Assembly (NCBI GenBank): GCA_951406725.2
Contig: OX597815.1
Location: 159,960,001 to 160,024,000 of the forward strand
Direction of reading: 5' to 3'
DNA length: 64,000 nt
Source: Octopus vulgaris
Taxonomy: Eukaryota
Position 1 is the first letter of the stretch. Each line of letters opens with the position of its first letter. Both the position numbers and the translations under genes were made by a program. Shown in pieces: positions 63,434 through 64,000 of the stretch. The notes beneath the pieces are model-generated. The model was not told the DNA's origin. It did not search any database and was given only the letters and a program-made list of their open reading frames with translations.

Positions 63434-64000
63434 ACATGTGACATGTTAGGCCTACCATCTCAGTGTATGTATTCTGCTTTTTAACCCTTTGTTACCAGCC
63501 TGGCTGATAATGTCTCTGGTTCTATGACAAGCTTTCTATTTTAAAGTGATTTAAATTAAAACTCTCATCAAAATTTCACTTTAATTTATGTTCCAAGCAC
63601 CAACTTAATGATGATGAAGTTATTTTACCAAATTTGTTGTTATTTTCAAAACTGGTTGAGGCAATGGCTGTGTATTTAAATGGAAATATGGTAATAAAAT
63701 GTTAATATTTAAGAAAAAAAAAACACACATTAAGATGACACAGTTCTAGTCGATGGCTATTGGTTGTTCACTGTACAAGCACATCACAAACTGACTATTT
63801 CCAAGTCCACCTCCACAAAATATAAGTGAAAATTTTTGACACCTCTCCTTCCCACCAACTATTTATTCACAAGAAGATAAAATAGTTTGTATCCATATAA
63901 TTATTCTTTTTTCATCATGGTATCTGACAAGTTTAAAAAGTGTAAAACTGTCTAATTTTGTTTAAATATGGCACAGGTGTGACAGTGTGGTAAGAAGCTG

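Overview
AT-rich eukaryotic intergenic/intronic DNA, most likely from an octopus (inferred from the tRNA-derived SINE set, RTE-LINE tails ending in (ATG)n and dense (TA)n/(CA)n tracts). I can support no intact protein-coding gene; almost all listed ORFs are microsatellite or repeat artefacts. The window is a mosaic of decayed mobile elements: Penelope-like GIY-YIG and RT fragments, a hAT (TTF-zinc finger/DUF4371) transposase relic, R4/Dong-type RLE LINE ends, RTE LINE pieces, two mariners, Helitron/Helentron pieces, MITEs and several SINE families. The most notable signal is a set of short, sequence-diverse cassettes sitting in (TA)n tracts. They carry type I hammerhead-ribozyme motifs (one apparently intact, 40086-40180 on the minus strand) and are often wrapped in an inverted copy of their own downstream sequence. 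Several have landed inside the internal microsatellite of one SINE family. Also notable are a single RTE insertion whose 3' UTR has expanded into a ~2.2 kb higher-order array, and several fold-back palindromes. All coordinates were read by eye and may be off by a few bases.
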